From assembly GCF_963921235.1 (NCBI RefSeq), contig NC_086097.1, forward strand, positions 114,144,001 through 114,208,000: 64,000 nt of DNA. The letters are read 5' to 3'. The notes under the pieces are model-generated. The model was not told where the DNA came from. It did not search any database and saw nothing but the letters and a program-made list of their open reading frames with translations. A program made the translations under genes and the position numbers. This stretch comes from Mobula hypostoma (Eukaryota). Each line of letters begins with the position of its first letter. Within the stretch, counting starts at the first letter, position 1. Positions 51,501-62,837 of the stretch are shown one piece after another.

Positions 51501-51907
51501 TAATTTTTTTTTTAAATGTTCCATGCAAAACAACTAATTACTAAGTCCATATAAAATTTGGGACACTAACAAGTATATCCAGAAAATGAAATAGTATATG
51601 TTTCATCAGTTTGTGTTTTGTATGTCATGCATTATTTCTTTTAAGCTGACATAATAAATTAAATGATTAATTTTTTCATATCACACATTTCATGCAACAT
51701 AATGTCCAATAAGGACTCTATTACTAAGTGGCCTGCATTCGGCCAATAAATCTAACTGTTGTAAGCATTGCCTGAGTTTAGTCAGAATTCAATTTACTCA
51801 CAGATTACAATATGTTGGCCAGTTTAAAATGGTATGTAGAATCAGTATGAATTTTCAGGTTGTTTTGTTCATGTAATGTACATTTTTAATATACTAAATT
51901 AAATAAA

Positions 51908-52469
51908 TGTAACGCACTGTAAGGTTTCACTGCTAATGTAATGGTTTCTCTGTAGCAGCAGTGTTTGGGTTATGACTAGAGATAATGGGGGCTTAGGAAT
52001 GTGCGCCATCCAATGAGAGACGTGTTGTTTCTTTCTTGTGTGTCTGAGAGAAGGTAGTCACGGTCTTTTGTTGGCGAGAGAAGAAGAGAGAAGATGCAAG
52101 TGGAGAGAGTTGGTAGACTGCACAACTGTGCGGGCTTGGAATGAGGGTCCAGGGGTCGATGACACTCAGAAGAAGTTGATGGGGAACGAATGGATGGAAA
52201 ATCATGAGCTCCAATGTGCATTTTAGACTGTTTAATTAAAATGGGCCCTTTTTCTTTTTGTTTTCTTTACTAACCCTATCGTCAAATTAAGAATTATAAA
52301 GCTCAATCATTTAATTGCATACGGTGTACTGTCTGATATTTTGTGGTACGAATTTTCAACTGAGCCACATATCGTGCAGCATCCACACAAACAAGACTTC
52401 TCAAGTTTGGCTGTGCCAGAGGCTGTCTTCTCCTAGACTAACACAAGCTAGCTGAACCTGGGGGTTACA
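51908..52469. mobile_element. Solo LTR (562 bp)
   Basis: TGTAAC...GTTACA inverted termini flanked by 4-bp TSD TAAA (51904-51907, 52470-52473). Confidence 0.85.
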
Positions 52470-52816
52470 TAAAGAAATAAGAAAATTAAGCTATGGAAAT
52501 GTTCAACTTCACCTGTATCAAGGATTTAAAAATTTACTAACAATTGATGCATGATTTTTAACCATACTGATATTTTTATAATAGGTATATCACCAAATAG
52601 CTGCTTTAAAGTGGTTACTTTCATCTATGAAAAATCTAATTATATGAGGAATTATATGGACAAGAAATTACTTGCATCATAAGTGCATCTATTTTTATAA
52701 TATGTTTAAAATAGCAAGCAAATTCAATGAAAGCAATAGAAAATTCAAATGATTTGAAATAAGAAAATATCTCACTTGTTTCTGTTCATTTCCCAATAGG
52801 TTATGAATCCACTTAC

Positions 52817-53599
52817 GTGATCAAAGGTTGTAGGAACTGTTGTATTTTTATCTCCAAATTGTGTATTTATATTGCTCTGTTCTTGGATATTTTTTAATTC
52901 TTTAAGTGTCGTATCTCCAGACTTCAGCATTCTTGGATTTGACTTGAGAAGCAGAGTATCCTTGCGTATGTTTACCATGGATTCTAAACTTGAATTCTGT
53001 AGCTGTTTAATAGTTGGTGTTGTTACACTTGTATATATATTTGTCTCTTGCTTTTGGGCTTCATCAAACAAGTCGACTTTTTTATTACTGCGTTCCCTCT
53101 CTTGTACATTCATTGGAGTTTTTACATTTATATTAGCATTTGATAAATTTGATGGTTTTTTGGAATTTTCATCTTGCTTAGTTTTCTTCTCATAAATTCT
53201 TGAACTTAAGGAATTACCTTGCTTCAGTAGCCTGCTTTTAAATATGGGTATAATCCTGGAAGCCTGGTTAGTTGAATTAGAATGCATTTCCATCTGATGG
53301 TACGTGCCTGACCCAGCAAACTGGATTGTTCCTTTTTGCAAATTCTGGAAAACCACTTCAGGTTTTTCTGTTGATTCGAATATCCTTTCACATAATCCAG
53401 TAGCACGTATTGGTGCTGCATCTAAATTTGCTTTTCTATCCAATTTCTGCTCATTGTCTAAAACTGTGGTCTTTTGACTTCCATTAATTGAACAAATAGA
53501 AGAGGTTTCACTGATAGTTATTTTGGCAGTTGGAATTTGTATTAAGTTATTCTTGAAGATAGGATTAGTTGTCAGATTTGGAGGCCTTGCCTGAACTGC
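52817..53599 (-). CDS. C18orf63: C18orf63 homologue large exon, 261 aa, S/T/K/N/Q-rich: AVQARPPNLTT...IIPIFKSRLL...PTTFDH
   Basis: Lies within stop-free ORF 52772..53614; TAAG acceptor (an in-frame CAG 9 nt further in is an alternative) and GTAAGT donor; 783 bp, phase 0-0. PPNLTT and PIFKSRLL match recalled human PPNLTT and PVFKNRLL. Confidence 0.88.
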
Positions 53600-53874
53600 C
53601 TTATTTAAAAACACAAAGAAAGAGAAATATCATCATGTTAGCCAACAGGTAGACACTATACAAGTATTTATATTTATTGAAATGATTCACCAGATGAAAA
53701 TCTATTTGAAGGAAAAGTTGGACGAAAGAATGACAATGTTGTTGTAAGCTAAATTGCCACTCCCAGCGAGTAACTATTGATCCCTTCAGTTTAACAAAAC
53801 TTTTAAAATCGATTAACACATATCAAAGTTGCTGGTGAACGCAGCAGGCCAGGCAGCATCTCTAGGAAGAGGTA

Positions 53875-53912
53875 CAGTCGACGTTTCAGGCCGAGACCCT
53901 TCGTCAGGACTA
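53875..53912 (-). ncRNA. Minimal type I hammerhead ribozyme motif, sense to the host pre-mRNA
   Basis: Reverse complement TAGTC-CTGACGA-AGG-GTCTCGG-CCT-GAAA-CGTC-GACTG. Confidence 0.82.
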
Positions 53913-55881
53913 ACCGAAGGATGAGTTAGTAAGAGATTTGAAAGTGGGAGGGGGAGGGGGAGATCCAAAATGATAGGAGAAGACAGGAGGGGGAGGGATG
54001 GAGCCAGGAGCTGTACAGGTGATTGGCAAAAGGGATATGGGAGGATCATGGGACAGGAGGTCCGGGGAGAAAGACGGGGGGGGGGGACCCAGAGGATGGG
54101 CAAGGGGTATAGTCAGAGGGACAGAGGGAGAAAAAGGAGAGTGAGAGAAAAAATGTGTGTATAAAAATAAATAACAGATGGGGTACAAGGGGGAGGTGAG
54201 GCATTAGCGGAAGTTAGAGAAGTCAATGTTCAGGTTGGAGGCTACCCAGATGGAATATAAGGTGTTGTTCCTCCAACCTGAGTGTGGCTTCATCTTTACA
54301 GTAGAGGAGGCCGTGGATAGACATGCCAGAATGGGAATAGGATGTGGAATTAAAATGTGTGGCCACTGGGAGATCCTGCTTTCTCTGGCGGACAGAGCGT
54401 AGGTGTTCAGCAAAGCGGTCTCCCAGTCTGTGTCGGGTCTCGCCAATATATAGAAGGCCACATCGGAAGCACCGGACGCAGTATATCACCCCAGCCGACT
54501 CACAGGTGAAGTGTCGCCTCACCTGGAAGGACTGTCTGGGGCCCTGAATGGTGGTAAGGGAGGAAGTGTAAGGGCATGTGTAGCACTTGTTCCGCTTCCA
54601 AGGATAAGTGCCAGGAGGGAGATCAGTGGGGAGGGATGGGGGGGGGAACGAATGGACAAGGGAGTCACGTAGGGAGCGATCCCTGCGGAAAGCGGGGGGG
54701 GGGAGGGAAAGATGTGCTTAGTGGTGGGATCCCTTTGGAGGTGGCAGAAGTTACGGAGAATAATATGTTGGACCCGGAGGCTGGTGGGGTGGTAGGTGAG
54801 GACCAGGGGAACCCTATTCCTAGTGGGGTGGCGGGAGGATGGAGTGAGAGCAGATGTGCATGAAATGGGGGAGTTGCGTTTGATAGCAGAGTTGATAGTG
54901 GAGGAAGGGAAGCCCCTTTCTTTAAAAAAGGAGGACATCTCCCTCGTCCTGGAATGAAAAGCCTCATCCTGAGAGCAGATAAGGAGGAGACGGAGGAATT
55001 GCGAGAAGTGGATGGCATTTTTGCAAGGGACAGGGTGAGAAGAGGAATAGTCCAGATAGCTGTGAAAGTCAGTAGGCTTATAGTAGAAATCAGTAGATAA
55101 GCTGTCTCCAGAGACAGAGACAGAAAGATCTAGAAAGGGGAAGGAGGTGTTGGAAATGGACCAGGTAAACTTGAGGGCAGGGTGAAAGTTGGAGGCAAAG
55201 TTAATAAAGTCAATGAGCTCAGCATGCGTGCAGGATGCAGCACCAATGCAGTCGTCGATGTAGCGAAGGAAAAGTGGGGGACAGATACCAGAATAGGCAC
55301 GGAACATAGGTTGTTCCACAAAGCCAACAAAAAGGCAGGCATAGCTAGGACCCATACGGGCACACCTTTAGTTTGGAGGAAGTGGGAGGAGCCAAATGAG
55401 AAATTATTAAGAGTAAGGACTAATTCCGCTAGACGGAGCAGAGTGATGGTAGAGGGGAACTGATTAGGTCTGGAATCCAAAAAGAAGCAGAGAGCTTTGA
55501 GACCTTCCTGATGGGGGATGGAAGTATATAGGGACTGGACATCCATGGTGAAAATAAAGCGGTGGGGGCCAGGGAACTTAAAATCATCGAAAAGTTTAAG
55601 AGCGTGAGAAGTGTCACGAACATAGGTAGGAAGGGATTGAACAAGGGGGGATAAAACCGTGTCGAGGTATGCAGAAATGAATTCGGTGGGGCAGGAGCAA
55701 GCTGAGACAATAGGTCTGCCAGATCTTCCCGGTCAGGGAATTAAAATATCCTCTCATATCCCCTTTGCCAATCACCTGTCCAGCCCTTGGCTCCATCCCT
55801 CCCCCTCCTGTTTTCTCCTATCATTTTGGATCTCCCCCTCCCCCTCCCACTTTCAAATCTCTTACTAACTCTTCCTTCAGT

Positions 55882-55919
55882 TAGTCCTGACGAAGGGTCT
55901 TGGCCTGAAACGTCGACTG
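55882..55919 (+). ncRNA. Minimal type I hammerhead ribozyme motif; predicted cut after C55914
   Basis: TAGTC(55882)-CTGACGA(55887)-AGG-GTCTTGG-CCT-GAAA(55907)-CGTC-GACTG. Confidence 0.82.
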
Positions 55920-56354
55920 TACCTCTTCCTAGAGATGCTGCCTGGCCTGCTGCGTTCACCAGCAACTTTGATGTGTGTTGCTTGAATTTCCAGCCTCTGC
56001 AGAATTCCTGTTGTTTGCATTTTTAAAATCGATTCATTGTACTGGGGGAAAGTAACTTCAATAAGAAAAAGTGATATGCTGACCTGTTCAGAAAATGAAG
56101 AACATAGGCAGGACACACCAGAAATTCAAATGGCAAATATATGTATATAGAGTGAAATGCCATGAGTACATTGTATAGTTAGTTAGAAGCACAACATAAT
56201 GGAGTGACCGAACCAAACATTAAGCTCTTTGTTTCCTGTTAGAGTGTCCAAGAAATAACTTCATACATACATATTTTTGGTCCTGGTATAACTATTTTGG
56301 CAATGATATTGCAAGGGGCCTCCTGATGTAGAAAAAGCATATTTCTAGTCTTAC

Positions 56355-56532
56355 CTGAGAAACACTGAATTCATTGGTAGCATAGTAGGGTTTGCTGGTT
56401 ATTTTTATTGGTAATCCACAGAGACTAGAGAATGTTATTTTTAGGTCAGAAAAGAAAGATGTTAGTACTGATTCCAAGTCCACTCTCGGGTAAAACTGAA
56501 CAGGTTCACTTCTAATACAACAAAAAGGGTAA
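56355..56532 (-). CDS. C18orf63: C18orf63 homologue exon: (T)YPFCCIRSEPVQFYPRVDLESVLTSFFSDLKITFSSLCGLPIKITSKPYYATNEFSVSQ
   Basis: TTCAG acceptor, GTAAGA donor, 178 bp (phase 2 to 0); overlaps ORF 56292..56483; resembles recalled human YPLSCIRSQPMQFFPRVD...CGFPIKMTSKP. Confidence 0.92.
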
Positions 56533-58047
56533 CTGAATTATTATGTTAAGGATGTTCACTGTGATAGTATTTAGCACATATTTACGAATCAGATATATAA
56601 AGACTCCAAATTTTTTTTTAACTTCTTTATGTCCACTGATATAATACTTTCAATAAATATGCTGTACTACTCTTCAGTCCATAAATTAACCTACCAGTTC
56701 AAATCAGTTTTCTTCTTTTTAGCAGAACTGAATATCATCCTAAGTAGGACATCATTGAAGATCATCTATGTCAAGAAGGAAACTTACCGTCCAATGTATC
56801 ACCAGAGTACTACAGCCTCATGAAAATACTAGTTAGCAAATCAATAATAGTAATCTGAAAGTTTACGTAAACTAATTACACCACTGTTTATGCTTAACGG
56901 AAGTAATTATGAAATATACATGGCTCTTCATAAACAAAATATTTTTGCTTTCATTTCTTCATACTCGTTAGCTACAGATGTCTGACAGGTCATGATATCA
57001 TACTCTTCTGTACAGTATAGTAGAAGGATTCTATAGGCTCTGAAAACTATGCTAATGAGAATGGAGAGAATACCTAATAAATGAGCTCACCTCCCTAATA
57101 TCAACACAAAACTCTGAGCTAGAAAATTCTGGAGCTGGGGTTCAAACTTCCTAACAGTATTGCCACAGGACTGAAGTCAATTGTCAGTAAACATCTAAAG
57201 TAAGAACAATTAATACTGGAAGCAGTTAGGTCTAATGGAGTATGCGGAGGCAAGAAGTTACAGTTAATCAGTCAGATCTTTTGATGATTGGCAAAACACC
57301 GAAGGTCACTGGTCACCCAGGCACACTCTTCTGTTGAAAAACTGGATCCCAGCAGATCAGCAAGTCATGGGACAACTTTCTGGATGATATTTCACTTCAC
57401 TACGTTTGTTGTAACAGTGTAACTATGGCAGTTGCAAGGGTCCTGATGGAGTCTCAGAGGAGGCCAGGAGGGAAAATTAAGAAAAAGAGATGAAGAGAAC
57501 ATGAAGGATTGGAGCAATTGAAAATGCTCCAGTGAAGGGGAGGGGGGAGGAAATTGTTTGAATATGGAATTCAGGAAACTGAATTGCTTCCATTCATAGT
57601 AAGTTCTTGGTCTTCTTTGTTGCAACTAATCCTGAAGTCTGACTTCTATAAACTCAGACCACCATGGGTCTTTATAAATGGATAAAGAATGCCTCTTGTT
57701 TATCATTACCTAAAATGCCAGATGATGCAATGCTGGCCAGCAAAGAATGCACACATCTTTGCTATGATGCCGGTGCCTCGTTAATGTAGATAATGGCCTA
57801 ACCAAAATTGTGCAGACCATTTGGCACTTCTACATAGGCTGTGCTCTACTAAATATCTTTCAGCATGAACATTATTTGGTTAAAATCCCACAAATCAGCA
57901 CCTTAAAGAATACTGAACTGGACAATTTTGATTACTTTCCTTGAAGGAGTTTGTTTTATACTTTATAATTTAACAAATAAGTTTTGCATGGATTTGAAAT
58001 ATAAAACTGTCTATAATTTTAATATAATCTTTTTACATCAAGGATAC

Positions 58048-58133
58048 GTAAACAGCTTCTCTCCAATTAACTTGAAGTACACAGTATAGTAAAGAGCCAT
58101 GTCACTATTAATCTCTGGGAGATTATAACCATA
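58048..58133 (-). CDS. C18orf63: C18orf63 homologue exon: YGYNLPEINSDMALYYTVYFKLIGEKLF(T)
   Basis: TTTGCAG acceptor, GTATCC donor, 86 bp (phase 0 to 2), in frame with both neighbours; resembles recalled human YGYKLP...YFKMLGERTFT. Confidence 0.9.
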
Positions 58134-59579
58134 CTGCAAATAGAAAGAATAATTAGTACCATTCACTATTTTTAGTCAATTTAGAATAAATTTATTATTA
58201 AATAAAGTGATCATTTTTGACTTGATATTTCAGCCTTATTTTGTTGGTTAAGGTAATTTGCAGAAAAATGAAAATAAGAAAGACACCTCTTTCAAGACAC
58301 ATAAATGTAGTTTTTGCTTCCCATTAATAAAGGTAAGGAATCCTTTGCTGCATTACTGTTTATTACTATCGACCATACAAGTCTCTTACAATGGAGTTCT
58401 TTGAAAAGGCATTCACTTATGACAGTTAGGAATCGGAAAAATCATTGCTTGGAATAAGTCTTTGTACGAATATGAAAAAACATATTAAACATTGTTAAAA
58501 GTGAATTCACGTTACTACTGCCTATTATCTAGAAGATGGCCCTCTACTTTGGTAGATCTGAACTGACTCAAGTTGTAAATTGTTCAAGAATGGAATCGGT
58601 ACTGAAATAGCTCCTCTTCATTAGTGCAGTCATGGCAACACAACCTATTTACACAAGACAGTTCTTGTAACAAAAGTTGAGTAGAGCTGTTTTTGGAATC
58701 AGATGCTAACAATGAAGAGCTGCATTCCTAGGTGCACTAGTTAAGATAACTTAAGCCAATGATCAATGACACTTTCATTTTCTATCGATGAAAATCAGGA
58801 AGTGTAGGTCTCAATTTCTTTATGATTTAGGTGATAATCTTTCCATGTCGGCAACCACTATGTCGAGAATAAGCAATTTATAAACTTAAAGTTACTGTTT
58901 TGATTACAAAGAATAAACTCAATTGATTTCCAAAAATGCGACCAAAAGCATAATGAATTAATACAAGAAAATTTAGCTAGACTGATGTTCAAAAAGAGGT
59001 TTTGAAAACATAAGTATCTAAGTGGAGGTTGGAGAGGATATTTCAGAGAGAACATTGCACCAAAGAGGAAAGAAATTGCAAATGAGGTTGGCTGCATGAA
59101 TATTGTACGTAGACACTTAAGATGCAGGAGCAGCAAACAATGGAAAACTATCAAGCCATAAAAACAATGTACAAGCAGGTATTTTAGTTGGGATTGTAGA
59201 TGGATAGAAATTTGTAAACAATTGTGTTGTAACATTTAACATACGAGGTGCAAATAGATGTTTAGTACACTGCAGGCCTGTAAAGAGGAACACAGGGGTT
59301 CAACATCAGAGTGTTCTGATGGATGTAATGTGTATTTAATGTCATCAGGAGGGGTGAGGGCTCTTTGCTTCTGCCTTTAATAGAGGCCTAACAAGTTTCT
59401 CTCCACCAACACACTAATTTACCTGGCTGAACTCATGATGATATTGAATATATTCTCCTTCAACTCCATTCACTTTCTCTAAATCAAATATACTGCTATA
59501 GATTCAACCTACAAGTGTTGTCTTGTGTAACACATGCAATAACATTTACTTCAGTCCCTCTTGGTGTCCACTCTTTCCT

Positions 59580-60725
59580 AAATTTGTGAAGAAGTAGAAC
59601 ATTTTATTGTTTTAGCTGCTAATTTCTACTTGCCGTCACATGACACTTCTGACGCTTTCTTCCCCATCCTGGACCTGTCTACACCTCAAGGGAGAGGGTA
59701 GCCACAAACATCCGTTACAAGCTCACAGACTCCCACAGCTTTCTTGACTATACAATACTTCCTCATACCCCTTTCCTTGTAAGGACTCCATCCATTCTCC
59801 CAGTATTTGGTCTCCATCACACTTGCTGAAATAATGATACATTCTGCATAGATGCCTCTGAAATGTGTTCCCTATTGCGAACTTCCATTGTGGATGGAGA
59901 CCTTAACTGCAACTCATCTATTTCCTGCGCCTCTGCTTTTGTCCGTCTTCTCCTGATGTTCTGTTCACAATTCACTGGTCCACACTTCCATCCCTGTCTT
60001 TTGGCACTTTCCCAAACAATCACAGGAGATGCAACATCTGTCCTTTCACCTCTTCCTTTCCGACCATTCAGGGACTGAAGCAGACTTTCCAGATGAATCA
60101 GAAATTCTCTTGCACTCCTTCCAAACTACTGTATTGCATTTTCTGTTCACAATATGGTCTCAACGCTGGAGAAACCAAATGAAAAGTGGGTGATTAATCT
60201 CTGGAGTGATGCTCAATTTCCAGTTGCCTACCACTTTAATTCCTCACCCACTCTCACTGACCTGTCTGTGGTCGTTTGCACAATTACAATGAACAATGCC
60301 TCATCTTCTCTTTGGGCACGTTGCAGCATTCTGGATTGACTATCAAATTCACGCTACAATTAACTTGTGCTTCCTTTCTATTTTAGAACTGAGCATTTCG
60401 TGTGCTATTTATCTATGAATTTAGTTCTTTTTCCTGTTTCTATTTGTAATGTCTAATCTTATTAGCAATGCATCACACAGACAATTAAGTACAATATTAT
60501 TCTAATTGCAGCATTAACTCTTTTGCCCTCACACTATCAGAGGCATTCACTTTGTAAATCCATCCTTCCCCCACCTTCTCTGCTTCTTGTACCTAATTTA
60601 TTTTCTCTCTTACCCACTTCCGAAGGTCTCAACCTTAAACATCAACAGTTTTTCCTTCCACATACACTACCTGACATGTACCTGTAAGACTGTTTCTTTT
60701 TTAATTTTACATTTCAAACATCAGT
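59580..60725 (+). mobile_element. Old, heavily decayed Penelope-like element
   Basis: Nucleotide similarity to the RT, GIY-YIG and terminal repeat (TCCCACAGCTTTCTTGACTATAC; FPVAYHFNS in ORF 60154..60339). Confidence 0.75.
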
Positions 60726-61189
60726 AGTTTTTCATTCAAATTTAACATCTCTATATGTTAATCAGATATAATCGATAACCTGAAATGCTTGGATGCTTGG
60801 ATAAATATCTACTTCAATAGCAACATTTATAATTCTAATCATATCAAACACTTGGCCAGTTTTTCATAGATTTTGAGAAAAAATACTTGGAGTTAAAATT
60901 TTTCAGAGGGACAAGTACCACTCACTTCTTTGCACCTCACATCATGTCATTTTAGAAACTTGACCAGGTGTTTTACGAGTCAGAAGCTCTGGGCAGGTCA
61001 AGAAGGGTACCTTGAGCAGTTTGAGGAATGCCAACAAAGACAAAGAGGGGAGCTGTATGCTTGCTTAAGGGAGTGTCATGGAGAAGAAGTGATAGGAGAG
61101 TAAGAAAATCAATGAATACTGAAGAGTTGGGACAATGATTTGGTTGGGCAGATCTAGAAAGCATAAAATGAAAAGAAAAACAAAATAGA

Positions 61190-61450
61190 AGCCACAGCAG
61201 TATAGTGGTTAACACAACACTATTATAGCTCCAGGTGTCGGAATTTGGAGCTCAACTCTGGTATCCTCTGTAAGAAAGTCTGTACGTTCTACCCACAAGC
61301 ATGTAGGTTTCCTCCCACAGTCTAAAGGCCTACTGACTGGTGGATTAATTGGTCATTGTAAATTGTCCTGTGATTAAGCTAGGGTTAAATAGAGGGGTTG
61401 CTGGGCAGGGTGGCTTGTTGAGCCAGAAGGGCCTGTTCTGCTAAATAAAT
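61190..61450 (+). mobile_element. V-SINE-like element
   Basis: Same family as 19285-19555 and 51250-51500. Confidence 0.75.
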
Positions 61451-61724
61451 GACCAAACAAACAAACAAACAAATAAATAACTAGATAAATGATTAAATAA
61501 ATAAATATATTTTGGAAAAGATAAGGCTCAATTTCAGAGAAGCAATCAAAACGTGCAAGGAAATAGACAAGAAATAAAGTCAAGTTACATACTGTAGTAA
61601 TTATGAGGGCAGGTACTGTTTGGTAATAAAAGGGAAAAGGAGGCCATCAGATTTCTGAGAAATATTCATTCCACAAATTTCCTCCTGACAAAAATAAAGT
61701 TAGTTTTGTATGGTTTAAAGTTGT

Positions 61725-62219
61725 GATATTATGGCCTGTTTAGACCTCGAAAAGATTAATTATTCACTTCTTAATTCGGACATAAAGTTTCCTAAGGTGT
61801 GGGGACCTTTTCCTGAATATTTCCATAGTTCTTCTTTAGGGTAAGTATATCCTTTTTTTTAGTATGCTTTCAGCTTTTTATTCCTTGTAAGTTATACGTT
61901 TTTTTGTTATGAATTATATTATACTTTTGGTAGTCCGCATTATATTATTTTTTCCTTTATATATTTACAGTTCTCTGGGGTTGAATGTTCTGATTGATTT
62001 TTTTTCATATGTAAAGTGGTTGGCCTGGGTTTTTCTTTTTTCAGTGGGAGGTTGGAGTGGATATTAATTTTACATAATTCTCTTTTGGGTGCTTTTTTTT
62101 ACTGTTATGAATGATATATATTGGATTTGTTTGTTTTGCACTGTATAAATCTCTGTTTTGTTGTTGGGTTCCTCTTTGTAGTTTCACTGTAGAAATGCAT
62201 AAAAAATTAATTTAAAAAA
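61725..62219 (+). mobile_element. L1-clade LINE 3' end
   Basis: Translates IMACLDLEKINYSLLNSDIKFPKVWGPF (L1 ORF2 C-terminus style), then a T-rich 3' UTR and A-rich tail; 9-bp TSD TAAAGTTGT at 61716-61724 and 62220-62228. Confidence 0.8.
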
Positions 62220-62723
62220 TAAAGTTGTAGAATGAAATTAATAAACTCAATGGGATAAACATTACATTTACTACAGGAATATTGAAGAAGCCCTGAGAAT
62301 TATTGACAAATTGTTTTCCATGGAAATAAAAATAAGGTAGCTGTTACCATGAACAATTAACTCACGAGTAACAAATAGATAGATGACTCCACTCTTCTTA
62401 AGCAAAAATAATTCATTTTCCTAACGTTTCTATCATTGTCAAATAAAATAATGCCTACCAGTTATTCAAAATATGTAGCTCAGGAAAACATCAGTTCCAT
62501 TGTATTTTGTTAACTTATAGCTGCTTTTACAGATAATTCTGTACTATTCTGTACTAGTTGTTGATCATCAATGCATATAATGTGGCACGGAATCTTTTCC
62601 AAGGTAAATCAGCACAATTAGCTTTAGGACATATCTCCAGAAGAATGTTGCTCAAAATTATTTTAATTTTATGCAATAAATAAATGAATAAAATCAAGTA
62701 AGAATTTCTATGAAATAATGTTA

Positions 62724-62837
<114 letters not shown>

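Larger units (their letters stand above)
53815..56020 (-). mobile_element. Penelope-like element, 5'-truncated, RT plus GIY-YIG endonuclease, with an inverted terminal-repeat copy
   Basis: MDVQSLYTSIP, MGPSYACLF, RYIDD (RT); VIYCVRC..CGLLYIGET..RL..RF.EH (GIY-YIG); frameshifted. About 225-bp inverted arms 53815-54040 / 55754-55979; 14-bp TSD TTTTAAAATCGATT at 53801-53814 and 56021-56034. Confidence 0.96.

Noticed and set aside
54223..55735. Active Penelope or domesticated GIY-YIG gene
   Set aside because: The coding region is split over several frames and truncated at the 5' end.
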